Source: Eledone cirrhosa (Eukaryota). Taken from it: 64,000 nucleotides of DNA. Both the position numbers and the translations under genes were made by a program. The notes under the pieces were generated by a model. It was not told the DNA's origin, made no database searches, and saw only the letters and a list, made by a program, of their open reading frames with translations. This document shows, one piece after another, positions 1 through 13,155 of this stretch. Positions within the stretch are counted from its first letter, which is position 1, and every line of letters begins with the position of its first letter. The stretch is taken from assembly GCA_964016885.1 (NCBI GenBank), contig OZ024741.1, positions 116,374,001-116,438,000 of the forward strand, read 5' to 3'.

Positions 1-44
1 ATGAGTGATGTCAGTTGGTTGTTGGAAGCTGTCAAAACTGTCAA
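1..44 (-). CDS. TRMT13: TRMT13 coding exon 5 (partial; runs off the window)
   Basis: ttttcttgcag acceptor at 45-55, then an open frame LTVLTASNNQLTSL in phase 0, compatible with the helix preceding the methyltransferase domain. Confidence 0.6.
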   Translation of the reverse strand, partial: MTVLTASNNQLTSL

Positions 45-279
45 CTGCAAGAAAATATAAATATAGAGAGATAGATGTGTGTGAGTATGTGCTACTGTGA
101 GAACTATGCTTCCAAAACTATACACAATGACTTCATGATTTATTAGGCTCATAAAATCACCATAACTATATAATCTTCAAGCCAATAGAGATGACTTTAT
201 AAGGTCATTCAACCAGTTAATAATAACAGCCAAATCTCAAATTACACGCAATTAACAAGCATGTTAACCCATTCATTAA

Positions 280-495
280 CCCTTTAGCATTTACATTATT
301 CTATTTTTACTATTGTTTTTTCACAGTAAAGGCTTTATCAGAATATCTCACAGAATATCAAAATCATGAGATTTTGATATTATTTATTTTGATAACAATA
401 TCTTAACATAAGTATGTGTTGCCAGTTACAGCCAGTTTAAATAGAAAGACATGAGAGAATTCTGGCCTAATATGGCCGGTTTAAATGCTAAAGGG
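280..495. mobile_element. piggyBac-like MITE, family A
   Basis: TTAA|CCCTTTAGCATTTA ... TAAATGCTAAAGGG|TTAA: perfect 14-bp TIR and TTAA TSD. Second copy at 35281-35488. Confidence 0.85.
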
Positions 496-1317
496 TTAAG
501 GTATTTTTCCTTGTTTCAAATGTAGAAACAATTATTAAGCTGATGTTTGGAACATAACAAAAAGATCTTACTTAAAATTATGGAAGGTTTTAAATTAAAT
601 ATGAGCACTTTAAAAAAGGCAGTTTTGTATCATAAAACCATAGGTAGTTTCAGGCAGGTTGGTATTGAAAGGATTGAAGTCATTTTCCCCACTAGAGTAG
701 GGGTTAGCCATGTAAGCTCCCTGAAATGGAATCTGCATGTCTGATGCTACTACTTAATGTCAACGTGACTTTATCTCTTCAGTGATCATTTTTCTAATGA
801 AATACACTATATTTAACTATAATTAATGAAGAATTTGGAGAGATTTAATAAAATAATAATTTTTTTCATTATCATAATGGTATTTGTAATATACACAAAG
901 AGTTCTTAAATCAAATTATGTTGAAATATTTTTCATTTAAACAGGAACCTTTTAAAATGGAAGACAGTGAATTGAAAGAGTTGTTAGAGCATTGCATTTA
1001 AAATGCTTCAGTATTTGTTCTAGCTCTCTGTGCTCTGGGTTCAAATCCCACTGAAGTTGACATTGCTTTTCAAGGTCAATAAATAAAGTACCAATCCAAT
1101 ACTGAGGCCATTTCTTGTTGGAAGAAATGGGCTATGTTCTGACCTGGAGAGGGAAGGGCTCTGCTCTGTGCTGGACTTACCTATAAGCTAAATAAGTTAT
1201 AGCTTGGGGCTACACATAAGTTATAGCTCAGGGGCCTCATTTTTAAAATATATCTTTATTTTAACATTTGTTTTTAGTCTTTAACACTAAATCATCAAAA
1301 ATTATATACATATATTC

Positions 1318-4300
1318 ATCATCATCATCATCATCATCACCGTTTTACGTCCGTTCTTCCACGCTAGCATGGGTTAGACGGGTTGTCCTGTTGTGGGCAG
1401 TGTCTGGTCGGCTGACCATGCCTTGCTCATACAGGAACTGATTTGGATTGATTTCTACAGCTGGATGCCCTTCCTAACACCAACCTCATTTACAGTGAGT
1501 GCTGGGTGCTTTTTCGTGGCGCCTACACGTCCACTTTACAGTGTGGGCTGGGTGCTTTTTTGCCGTGGCACCTCCATGACCACCTTGCAGTGGGGGGTGT
1601 GGGGGCATATTGTCTATATGCTTCAGCTTGTACCCATGGGAGGTCGGGTACTCTGTATTACTGCGTGACGCCAGAGGTCACGGTCGTGTGTCATCGCCTT
1701 TGAGAGGTGTAATTGGGTAAGGTCGGCTTTTATCACCTCATTCCAGGTCTTCTTGGGTCTCCCCACTCTGCGGTTTCCAATGACTTCTAGTGCTCTGCAC
1801 CTTTTTATGCAGCTGTCATCCTTCATACGCATCACATGTCCATACCAACGCAACCGCCTCTCCTGCACACAGCATTTGATTCCTCTTATGCTCAGTCTCT
1901 CTCTCAATTCATTTATGCTTTGTCGTTCGCGTATATTACTATTACACATCCATCGGAGCATGCAGGCTTCGTTTCTCTCTAATCTACGTAAGTCTTCCAC
2001 CTTCAGCGCCCAGGTCTCACTACCATGCAACATCGCTGTTCGTATACACGCATCATACAGTCTGCCTTTCATTTTGAGGGAGAAGCCTTTTGCAGCTAGC
2101 ATTGGTAGTAGTTCCCTGAACTTCTTCCATCCCGTTCTTACCCTAGTTATTGTACTTTCTGAACACCCACCTCCGCTGCTAATTCGGTCACCTAGGTAGC
2201 AGAAGCTGTCTACTGTTTCTACAGAGCCCTCCCAGAGATTGGTGGTACTTGTTTCCTGTGGCTGTTTGCTGCTTGCTGTCCCAGCACAGCTGCTGCATGT
2301 GAAGCCTACATTCTTAATTAAGCTTCCTGAGATCCCTCTACATCTCTTGTGTACCCATTGTTTGCATTTGGGGCAGAGAATGGAGTTCCTACCTACACCT
2401 TTCCTACATACTGAGCAAGGCCATTTCCCTGAGGGGATCTGGGTTCTGTTTTCTCATCTACTTACAAGGACCTTAGCCTTTGTCATGTTGACTTTGAGAC
2501 CCTTTCTTTCTAGTCCCTGCTTCCAAGTTTGGAATTTCTTCTCTAGTTCTACCATAGATTCAGCTATAAGTGCGAGGTCATCAGCATACGGGAGTTCCCA
2601 TGGGCATCCAGTCTTAAACTCCTCCGTTATTGCCTGCAGGACTATGATGAACAGGAGGGGGCTAAGAACAGAGCCCTGGTGGACCCCAACCTGTACGCTA
2701 AATTCCTCGCTATACTCATTGCTAATCCTAACTTTGCTGACTGCTCCCCTATACATGGCTTGTACCGCTTTCACAAGCCATTCATCTACTTCTAGTTTTC
2801 TAAGAGCCCACCAGATTACAGCACGTAGAACTCTGTCAAAGGCTTTCTCAAGGTCGACAAATGCCAGGAAGAGTGGCTTACTTTTAACTAAGTACTTTTC
2901 CTGTAACTGCCTGACAAGGAAGAGGGCATCAGTGGTGCCTCTTCCTGGTACAAACCCAAATTGCATCTCGTCTAGTTTCACCCGGTCCCTAATCAACTGT
3001 GCTATAACTCTTTGTTACTTTCATGACCTGGTCCATCAGCTTTATACCTCTATAGTTTCCTCTATCTAGTGCATCACCTTTACCTTTGTAGCAGTTGACA
3101 ATGATGCTACTGCACCAATCTTTTGGTATGACACCTTCTAGTATTACCTGGTTAACAATACGTGTGGTTATAGTGTGACCTACAGACCCAGATGCCTTCA
3201 GCATCTCGGCAGCTATACCCGATGGACCGGTTGCCTTCCCCATCTTCATATCTTTGATTGCCTTACTTACTACGCTGCTGCTGACTTGTACTGCTGGCCC
3301 CTCTATAGGGTCTACTTGGGGTAGGGTCTCTTCTCCTCATGCATTCTCCTCATTTAGTAATCTATCATAATGACTCTTCCATGCATCTTTCTTCTCAGCA
3401 CTTGTGAGGGCAAGCTCACCTTTATCATTCCGGATACACTTCTCTCCAATGACATCACAATTCTCTCTGACACACTGCCTCGCAATCTTGAACACCTCCT
3501 GTTTCTGGTCCTCACGTTGCAAAACATGCTTGAATTTTCTATCTTCTGCTTCCCTCCTAGCTAAGTATACTTGTCGCCTAGCTTTCCTCTTGGTCTCTAT
3601 GTAATGTACCCTGCTCCCTCTGTTCTTCCATTCTTTCCATGCCTGTCTCTTGGCCTTAACTGCCTCATCTACCTTATTGTTCCACCAAGTCACTCTCCTC
3701 CTGCTTGAGGTCTTACTCCAGCCACAGACCTCATCCGTCGCCTCTAGTAAGTTATTTTTAGGAACTCAGTTCTCTTCTACATTGAATGTCGCTATCTGTT
3801 CTTCTTTACTGTCGTAGGCGTTGAGTAAAATATCTTTAAATCTGTTACTGGTTGAGGGGTCTTTCAGCTTCCAGATCTTTCTTCTCCAGGTTGGCCTCTG
3901 TTTCCAGGTTCGTCTAGTTCTGACTGTGAGGTCGCTGACAACTAAGCTATGTTGGGATGTACATTCCTCACTAGGGAAGGCTTTTGTGTTTACGACCGTC
4001 CATCTGTCACGTCCTCTGATGAGGATAAAATCTATCTGACTAGAGTGCTCCCCTGATCTATAGGTGATCAGGTGGTTGTCGGGTTTTTTGAAGTTTGTGT
4101 TACATATCGACATGTCATTGGTGTCGCAGAATTCTAGAAGTCTGAATCCTTCCTCATTTCTTGTGCCAACCCCATGGCCTCCATGGACTCTATTGAAGCC
4201 GTCGCAGTGTTTACCTACGTGTCCGTTAAAATCTCCTGCGATGATTAGGAAGTCATTGTCGTTTGTTAGAGCAGTAGTGTGCATTAGGGACTCGTAAAAC

Positions 4301-4675
4301 CTATCCTTAAGTTCGTCTGGCAACCCCGATTGGGGTGCGTAAGCTGATATTATTGTGGTAATTGTTTTATTCAGGACTAGTCTGAGTTTAATGATTCTTG
4401 CATTTACCCTGTACACTGAGATTACCTTATCTACCCACTTGTCAGCTAGTAGTATACCTACACCACCCATCCCATCGTCATTTCCCACCCAGAAAAATTT
4501 GTAGCACCGACTTTTTCCTACAAGGACTCTAGCAGACTCTCCTCTCCATCTAGTCTGTTGCACACAGCATACATCTTTCGCTCTAGCATTTCTACGATTT
4601 CTCCTGCTCTTCCTTTCATTGTGCCTACAGTGATGGTTCCAACTGGGAGTATTAGGCATTTGTCGACACTCGTAT
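1318..4675 (-). mobile_element. RTE-clade LINE, nearly full-length ORF with several stops/frameshifts, long 3' UTR and (ATG)n tail
   Basis: ORF pieces 3766-4719 (AP endonuclease: SAYAPQ, GDFNGHVG, IDFIL), 2989-3249 (NYRGIKL), 2454-2996 (RT: QFGF, FVDLEKAFD, HQGSVLSPLLF, YADD) and 1623-2102 (RLRWYGHVMR, GRPKKTW). (CAT)n at 1318-1340. Confidence 0.93.
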
Positions 4676-4692
4676 TCTTTATCATTGACATG

Positions 4693-4888
4693 AATAATAA
4701 TGGTTTCTACTTTTGGCACAAGGCCAGCAATTATCCCAATGCATTACGGGTACTTTATTTTATCGACCCCATAAGGATGAAAGGCAAAGTTAACCTCGGC
4801 AGGATTTGAACTCAGACCATAAAGAGCCATAACTATGCTGCAAAGCATAGCATCTGACCCTCTACTGACACAGCCAATCCACTGCCCT
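4693..4888 (-). mobile_element. SINE family 2 copy abutting the 5' end of the RTE LINE
   Basis: Reverse complement matches 51671-51850. It supplies the spurious MPKVETII start of ORF 3766-4719. Confidence 0.85.
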
Positions 4889-5239
4889 TGACATAAATAA
4901 TAATGCTTTCTTTATTAACCACAAGGGTTGACATAAAGTATAACATTAAGGACAGCACAGGACGAAATAATAATAATGTATAATTATTCAAAATTCCTTT
5001 ACCCACATTTTTTTAGAGAAAAGACTGTAATTTCATACAATTTAGGGCTTTGGCAGGTGAAATTCCAGCCCTGGCTCTGCCAGGTGTAAAATACCCAAGA
5101 CAGTGCCCATACAGCTCTATCAGAAGTTAAAGGCCTTTTACCTTACCTTTTAAAATAGTTGCTTTTGTTTCATGGAACCAGAGATGGTTTGGGGCAGGTT
5201 GATGTCAAAAGAGTTAGTATCAAGGTCAGGTTTGTTTTA

Positions 5240-5390
5240 CATCCAGATTTTATAGGCAAAACCAACCAGCAGGAGACCCATGGATAGAACCTGAGCATGG
5301 ATAATATCCATAAGCTTGGCTGGTCAATTGGAAATGGTTGTTTCTGACATACCTGCTGGAAGGAGTACTTGAGGACCATGCTCCAATGAC
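5240..5390 (+). mobile_element. Short 3' fragment of the LINE family at 14.8-17.7 kb
   Basis: cagattttataggcaaaaccaac...ggagaccca...ggataatatccat aligns by eye to 17513-17580. Confidence 0.6.
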
Positions 5391-5622
5391 TCTCTCTAGA
5401 AGGGAGGAGGAGGGGGGGGGGGGTTAATGCTACACCAGTCCAGGGTGGTGGATAGGTAAAATTATTATAAGATTATTTGACATGATGCTCAAGATAGGTG
5501 ACCTCAATACTATTTGACCCTAGTGAGTGGGGATATTGTACAATATCTAGATGAACTGTCTCTTATCTTAACCATCTCTACAGTCTGTTAGAAAAGAATA
5601 AAAGAAAAAAAACAAAGTTTAC

Positions 5623-5685
5623 CTTGTTTGGATATGATTCTCCTTCATCTAAGGACCCAGAATTGATTTTATGGACATGATAAAA
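5623..5685 (-). CDS. TRMT13: TRMT13 coding exon 4
   Basis: tatattacag acceptor, FYHVHKINSGSLDEGESYPNK, GTAAAC donor. Resembles the FY...IN.G motif that follows the CHHC finger in Trm13 proteins. 63 nt, phase 0. Confidence 0.8.
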
Positions 5686-5699
5686 CTGTAATATAAAAA

Positions 5700-5920
5700 T
5701 AATGATAGTATTGTAGTCCATAGAATGCAGTAGGACTGTAGTATATATGGAAGTACTGTAGCACTATATATAGTATATATAATAATACCGTAGTATAGAT
5801 ATTAGTACTGTATTATATATATGATAGGATTGTATTATATATGATAGTACTGTGGTATATATGATAGGACTATAGTATATATGATAGTATTTAAGTGTAT
5901 GTGATAGACTGTAGTGCAGT
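5700..5920. repeat. Degenerate ~20-bp minisatellite
   Basis: Repeated tagtatatatgatag(t/g)actg-like units immediately upstream of the TRMT13 exon 4 acceptor. Confidence 0.7.
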
Positions 5921-7536
5921 TGTATCAAGGACACGACAATCTCTATATTGCTGGTGATAGGAGAGGCATCCAGACATAGAAAGCTTGCCAAACAAAGGCT
6001 TTGGAGGACCCTTTTGTTGTGTCAAAGACATAACAACCTATCTAGTGCTGGTGCCATGACAAAATGCACTCAGTAGATAGTGGGACTATTTGTAAGCGAG
6101 ATGTGGACTTCCAGCCTGTCTGAGAGGTCAGTAGCCTCAGTCAAACCCTTTTTAACAGGGAAAGTGGACATTAAATGATGATGATGATGTAGTAGATGAC
6201 ATCACTGCTGTGTATGGTAGGGCTGTATACCTTCCATTACCCTCCAATAATGCCCCTGAGTTAGCCCTCTATTCAAACCAAATTCTTCAATACCTTTCTG
6301 TGTCTTCAATACCTATCTGTGACCCATAACTAAAAAGCTCACCAAAAGGAAATTTCCTACAAATACTTCTCTGCAGTGGTAGTTTCCCCAGAATTCAAGA
6401 AATAGAAGTGGATGATTTCCCTCATTGACAACTGACCACTAAATAGGGACCATAACCTTTTAATGCAGCAGCAAAGTGTTTTAGTGCTTCATATCCGTTT
6501 AAAAATCAGTTGTCATATAAAATCAATTTTTCAGCATGAGTCAACTGGCAATATGCTGTCCTTCAGAAGACTTGCTTCCCACATGAGCTGGGTGAAACAC
6601 AAACAAAGAAGTATAACAATATATTTTTAAGATCCCCATTACCCCCCCCCCCATTTCCCTCTTCTTCATTATCTCCACCACCTCTAGCCTTCTCTCCCAT
6701 TCACACCAATGATTCCTCTTTCCTCACCCAATGCATACCAGCATGGAAAGATAGCTGTACCTCACCAGGGTATAGCAAGACACCACTCCTTCACTCTCAT
6801 GACTACCTTTGTGACTCAACACTTACACCCCACCCTCTGACATCCCTGATTTCTCTCTCTCATTTAACCAAGTCAGCAGGGAAAGACAGATTAACCCCAA
6901 ATGTACAACCAGACACTGCTAACTCTCGTTAATGCTTCCTCTCTTTCTCACCACACCCCTACCCCACTTCCTTCTTCATTCAACCATGCCAGCAAGGAGA
7001 GACAGACCCTGCCTCTCTCAATGTCTAGCCAGTCATGACTCTCTTCTAGTATACTTCTCTCTCAATCCCTTGCTTAGCAAGCAACATATAGCTCCCCCAA
7101 CTCTCATCAACACCATCCCTGTCTGATCAAGGATAACAAAATAAGCCCTTGTTGAAAAGTGGTAGTGCTGGTACTGTAACAAAATGCACCCAGTCCACCC
7201 TATAAGGTGGTAGTACTGGTGCCATCACAAAATGCACCCAGTTCACCCTATAAGGTGGTAGTGCTGGTAGTACAACAAAAGGCACACAGTCATCCTTGTA
7301 GGGCTGTAGTGTACCCTGTGGTAGATATTAGGAAGCACATTCAATTGCAGACACAAAAAGTGGAACATTTGAGCATGACATAATCACCTGACCAGTCAAG
7401 CTTCAGTATGTGATAATCTGTCTAACCCATGCTAGCATGAAAAAATAGATGTTAAACGATAATGATAATGTTATAAGGCAATCAAGAAATGCATAATTTT
7501 TTTTTGTGCAAAGGAAGCACAGGGCAGACATCTTAA

Positions 7537-7749
7537 CCCTTTTGTTACCATATTTCTAATGAAAGGCCCTGTCTATGATTTTCATATAATCTTGAAAATA
7601 ATTAAGAATTTGGAGAGATTTAGTAATATAACAAATGTTCTTACATAAAATTATGATGGAAGGTTTTCAGAGAAATATAAACACTTTAAAATGAATACTT
7701 TTGTATCATAAAGACAGGGGTGGTTTCAGGCGGTTTGGTATCAAAAGGG
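7537..7749. mobile_element. piggyBac-like MITE, family B (most abundant family in the window)
   Basis: TTAA|CCCTTTTGTTACC ... GGTATCAAAAGGG|TTAA. Internal motifs atttctaatgaaa, gaatttggag.gatttagtaatat and aaattatgatggaagg recur in many copies. Confidence 0.8.
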
Positions 7750-7786
7750 TTAATCATGATTTTCTTTCTTTCTTTTTTTTTTTTTG

Positions 7787-8200
7787 CTTTTCTTTCAGCT
7801 TGTGCGGCACCTCTTTGTTGAGCTTCTTTGACTTTGCAATGTGCTGCAAATGTTAAACAACTGTTGAATGGGCAATGTTTAGGTCTTCTGCAAGACCTCC
7901 ATTTGTATTAGAGATACATTAATAAGCCACAATTGGATATCACACAGATTGTCATCTGCAACCTTCCTACTCTTCAAGTCTTTTGTATCCACTGTGGAAT
8001 ATTTAGAACCAACGATGAGTTGTACATTTATTTACAGGCCCCTCACCAATTATTTGGTTAATATTGCAAGTAATTTCTGCTGTTTTGCATTCCTTTTTGA
8101 ACTCATACAATAAAAATTGCTTCAATGTTTCATCGATATTGATATTCATTTTTTAACTCATATAATAAAAATCGCTCGCATTTGCTTTTTTTTCCAACTT
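7787..8200 (-). mobile_element. Mariner transposase N-terminal relic
   Basis: Minus strand reads KKQMRAIF...LYEFKK..KTAEIT.NI...GEGPVN..T.HRWF..FHSG...LE...EDLNIAHSTVV*HLQHIAKSKKLNKEVPHKL, i.e. HTH domains ending in a decayed WVPHEL motif. Confidence 0.8.
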
Positions 8201-9629
8201 TAATTTGACAGCCTAAAATAAACAAGAATAAGCTGTGAAAGCAAAACTATAACCAATAAATCAACAGACCAAAATCTGCACTTTAAATGGAATTTAGGAT
8301 ATTATATGAATATAATTAAATAAAAAATTTAATTCCAAAATAACTATTAAAGTTTAAAATAACAATTATTTTTGAACAAACTGAATACTAATTTCTAAAT
8401 AGATGTATTATATGTATACAAGTATAAAGTACAGGAGTGATGAATTGGCAGGGTCATTAGAATGTTGGATAGAATGTTTTGTGATATTCGTTCTGGCTCT
8501 CTGTGCTCTGAGTTCAAATTCTGCTGAGGCTAACTTTGCCTTTCATTTTTTCGAGGTTGATAAAAGTAGTACCAGTCCAGTACTGCTATTCTTCCTATAT
8601 CGTTTTCTCACTTCTCTACCATTCTCTCTCTGGAAGAAAGCTGATATGTTCAGACCTAGAGAGATGGTGGGTTCCACCTAATTTAAAGTGCCCAAGATAT
8701 CTCAATGCAGAGCCTTTATGACTCCATCAGGAGTACGGGTCCATATCTACATACATAAAGTTATAGCAAAATACTAACTCCTGCTACAAAGTATTGGAAG
8801 AGATGAGTTTATGTGTAAGATATGTAGTGTATTATTCTATGTACTATATTGACGAGTTGTAGTGCACCTGAGCACTTTACACAATAATTTCATTATTATT
8901 ATTATTATATTACTCCTATAATCTATTAATTATATGAGATTATTTTATATGCTGTAAAATATTGTAGTTAAATTGACACATAACCTAGTTTCTACATATA
9001 ATATACAATTAAATATGAGCATTTGTATATGTATATATGGGCAACACTTTTATATTATATGAATATTTCTACACAACAGTTTCTCTGTTTCTGAGAGACA
9101 GGGGAGAGGGAGGGCAGAGAATGTGTAGGAGAGAGAGAGAGAAATTAACTATTTGCAAACATTTTATGTCCTTTATGGTCTGATGAAATACTGATCAGAA
9201 GTGAGATATAGCTAGCCTGGTCTGGTCTATTCTCATCCTCATTGCTGGGGGTCAGGGACCATAGACAATTGCACCAATGCTCAGCTATATGATGCTGTAT
9301 GTCCATGATTCTCATGGGGAAAAAGTCATATTGGTGGATCCCAAATTCTTGTCCAACTATTACTCAGAAACTGGCTACCAAGCTGCAGCTTACCCTTCAT
9401 CACAAGGGTGAAGCCATACATATATATAGGAAAGGCATCCATCTATAGAAATCATGCCAAAAAATGGAACGTAAGAGCAAGGCATGATATCCAAGTCTTG
9501 GATTGTGACAACTTGTCCAGTCCATGCCAGCATAGAAAGCAGATAAAAAACAGTAATGATGATGATGATGATACACACATACACACATACACAAGTATAG
9601 TGACTGTAACAGAGGACATTCCAACTCAC

Positions 9630-9696
9630 AGGGGGTGCCTTTTCTCGATTGTTGCATTTCTTCAAGTGACTGGTTAAGTTTTCTTCATACACTGTA
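9630..9696 (-). CDS. TRMT13: TRMT13 coding exon 3
   Basis: atttttcag acceptor; the first T completes His, then TVYEENLTSHLKKCNNREKAPP, then GTGAGT donor. Completes the CHHC finger (H..V.E..L..HLKKCN). 67 nt, phase 2 to 0. Confidence 0.92.
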
Positions 9697-10079
9697 CTGA
9701 AAAATAAAATGGAGCAGAAAAAAAATCATATATACATATATATATACACCTTAGATATTTGACATGAATTTCAGCCTATAATAATCCAGTTTATGTATAA
9801 CTTAAATGCGAAGGTGCATGACTATGATTTGTAAGATTGCAAATTTGACTCCTCGACTCTGTGGTGCATTGTATGCTTAAGCAAGACTTTATTTCATGTT
9901 GTTCCAGTTCACTCAGCTGCAAAAATAGAATTACAATGACATAGGTGTCAAGTTATATCAGCCTTTGCCTTTCCCTTTCAAAACATTGATGATGTGGAGA
10001 GGGGACATTTACATGCATGGGCGACTGCTGGTCTTCCAAAAAACACCTTGCCTAGGCTTGTGCCTCAGAGAGGAATTTT

Positions 10080-10458
10080 TAGGTGTAAAAGCATGGTCAG
10101 TCATTGCCAAAGGGTGGAGTTTGGTGGAGAAGATCAGAAACAAAAATCTGTGGGAGTGAACGGGACAGGAATCAGTCACAAAGCAGATTCTGCAGAGGAA
10201 GTGGAGCTGGATTAGACATATACCCTCAGGAAGCCTACAACCAACACCACATGCCAAGCCCTGACCTGGAACCCACAGGAGAAGATGAAGAGAGGCCGGC
10301 CCCATGGCAGCTGGAGGTATGACACTGAGGCTGAAATAAGAAAACTGAAACCAACTGGAGTGCAGTGGTGAGAGCAGCCAATGGATCGTGTATGATAGCG
10401 GATGGTCATCAATAGCCTATGCTCCACAGAGAGAGATAAAGTTGAATGAATGAATGAT
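10080..10458 (+). mobile_element. 3' fragment of an RTE (BovB/SR2-like) LINE
   Basis: Decayed frame reading ...RKWSWIRH.LRK...CQALTWNPQ...RGRP..SWR, followed by a (TGAA)n tail. Confidence 0.65.
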
Positions 10459-10812
10459 CATAAAATCATAGGTTTATTTCCCACACCAGAGATGGAGAAC
10501 GTGCAGCCTTCTATGCCATTCTGTGCGGACTTCTGAAAGAATAAAAAATTTCCAAAAAATTTTAAATTTTAATTAATATGGTTTTGTCTATCAGCTAAAA
10601 TTTAAAAATTAGTTGATCATAAAGGCTATTTCAGCACTTTCTACACTAGCGTTTTAGTTCTTATGTGATTCTAGAATGTACATTAAATTCCCGCTTGGCT
10701 GGAGCCACTATCACCTGAGGCTGGTTGGTGAGAACCTGCGGGTATTTAGTATGCTAGTGATTATCAAAATTTTAAGAATATATAATTATTGTTTCTTGAA
10801 TGCGGCCTTATG

Positions 10813-13155
10813 ATCATCATCTTCATTGTTTTTATGTCCGCTTCTCCTCACTTGAATGGGTTGGACGTGTCCTTCGCATCACAGCATCTCTCCACATGTT
10901 GCAATCCTTCATCAGCACCTCTGTGAGTCTCAGTGATTTGAGGTCAGCTCTCATAACCTCTGCCAAGGTCTTTCTTGGTCTACCTCTACTGCGGCTTCTT
11001 TCAACAGGCATTATTTCACCCAATGTTCATTGTCCATGCACAAACCAGTGCAGTCTTCTCTCCTGCTCACCACCTCAGATTGCTTTTAAACCCACCTTCT
11101 CCCTCAACTTGTCCAAGCTCTACCTTTCTCTCACACTTACATTGCACAACCAATGAAGTATGGCTGCTTCATTTTTCTTCAGTCTATACATTCCTCTGCA
11201 GCCACAACTCATGTTTCACTACCATGCAGCATCACACTTCGCACACAGGTGTCATACAGTCGTCCTTTTGTATGTAGGAGGAAACCTTTTGTGGTCAACA
11301 ATGGGAGTAGCTCTATAAACTTCTTCCATCCTATCCTTATTCTAGCTATTATGCCCTCAGAGAAACCTCCTCCATTGCTAATTATGTTGTCTAGTTAGCA
11401 GAAGTTATCAACCACTTCTATGGGTCCTTCCTGTGATTGGAATAGGCTTACATCACTAGCTATCTTCCCCTAGGTTACTCCTGTGCATCTTTTACAAAGT
11501 CTTCCCTTCCTGTTAGTCTATCCGTTATCCCATAACATCTCGTATACCCAAGATTTACATTGTGTACATTGTATGGAGTTTATACCTACTTCCTTCCTAT
11601 GTATTGAGCAGGGCCACTTCCCTGAAGAAATCAGGGTCTTATCTTCTCCCTTACTCACTAGCATTTTAGTTTTGGCTAAGTTTACTCTCAGGCCTTTTGA
11701 TTCTAAATTCTGTTTCTATAGGCAGAACTTATTTTCTAGATCTTTAATGGATTCAGGTATAAGGACCGGATCATCTGCATAAAGAAGTTTCCATGGGCAG
11801 CTGGTCTTAAACTCCTCAGTTATGGCCTGGAGGACTATAATGAATAGTGGTGGGCTAAGAACTGAACCCTGATGAACTCCTACCTGTACCTTGAATTCCT
11901 CACTAAACTCATTTCCTACTCTCACTTTGCTAACAGCTCCTCTGTACATGACTTGCACTGTTCTTACCAACCATTCTTCTACACCTGATTACCTTAAGGA
12001 CTTTTCTTGTAGTTGCCACACTAAAAACAGGGTATCTGTAGTACTTTTCCTAGGCATGAAACCAAATTGCATCCCATCTAATTTGACTCATTCTCTAATC
12101 AGTGCTATAACTTTTTCCATTACTTTCATAACTTGGTCCATTAGTTTTATTCCTCTGTAGTTGCTCCTCTCTAGGCCATCATTTTTTTCCTTGTAGCAAT
12201 TTATGATTGCATTGCTGTGCCAGTCGTTAGGTATGACACCATCTTGTATTACCTGATTGACTATGCAGGTTACTAGTTTGACTCCTACTTCTGATGCTTT
12301 TAGTATCTCAGCAGTTATCTCTGATGGTTCTGCAGTGTTACCATTTTTCTTTAACCCTATAATTGTCAACTTCAATGTTTGGCCCTTCTGGTGAGTGTAG
12401 TTTCTCTTCCTCCCATTCATTCTCTACATTCATCAGTCTCTCATAGTAACATTTCCAGTCCTCTTTCTTTTGAGCATCAGTGGTGCTAAATACACCAGTG
12501 TCATTTCTAACACACTTTTCCTCAACAACATCATGATACAAACTGACACACTACTTTGCAATGTGGAACACTTCACATCTCTAATGCTTAAGTCTCAGGA
12601 CGTTGACAAACTTTCTTTCTTCGGCCTCTCTCCTAGATGTCCTACTTGTCACTTAGCTTCTCTCTTAGCTACCTCCATTTTTCCAGTCTTTCCAAGCCTG
12701 TCTCTGGGCTTTGATGGCTCTATTCACTGAGCTGTTCCACCACCAAGTCACCCTCTGACTCACTGGTGCTCTACTCCAGCCACAAGTCTCGTCAGTAGTT
12801 TGCAAAAGGTTGTCACATAAGAATTTCCTGTTGTCCTCTATATCATAGGTTTCTAGCTCGTCACTTTTCTCATCAAATGCATCTCGTAGGGCCTTTCTAA
12901 ACTTATATTTAACTGAGAGGTCCTTTAGCTTCCAGACCCACTGTCTCCATATTTTCCTGCATGTCTTGTGCTTATTTTAATGTCACTAATAACTAACTTA
13001 TGCTGAACAGTGTATTCTTCCCCAGGTAAGGCCTTAGTATTTATTACAGTCCATTTGTCTTGTTGTCTAACAAATAAATAATCAATTTGGCTTTTGTGTT
13101 TGCCTGATTGATATGAGATCAAGTGGCTGGTTTCCTGAAATTTGTGTTGCAAATG
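10813..13155 (-). mobile_element. Older, degraded RTE-clade LINE related to the 1.3-4.7 kb copy
   Basis: Fragments with IDYLFVR, NYRGIKLMDQVMKV, VHQGSVLSP, LYADD and GRPRKTLAEV. Short 3' UTR ending in the shared tail and atgatga repeats. Confidence 0.88.

Noticed and set aside
2239-3069. 276-aa plus-strand ORF and other plus-strand ORFs over 1.7-4.3 kb
   Set aside because: Antisense shadows of the LINE RT/endonuclease coding strand, with no independent protein motifs.
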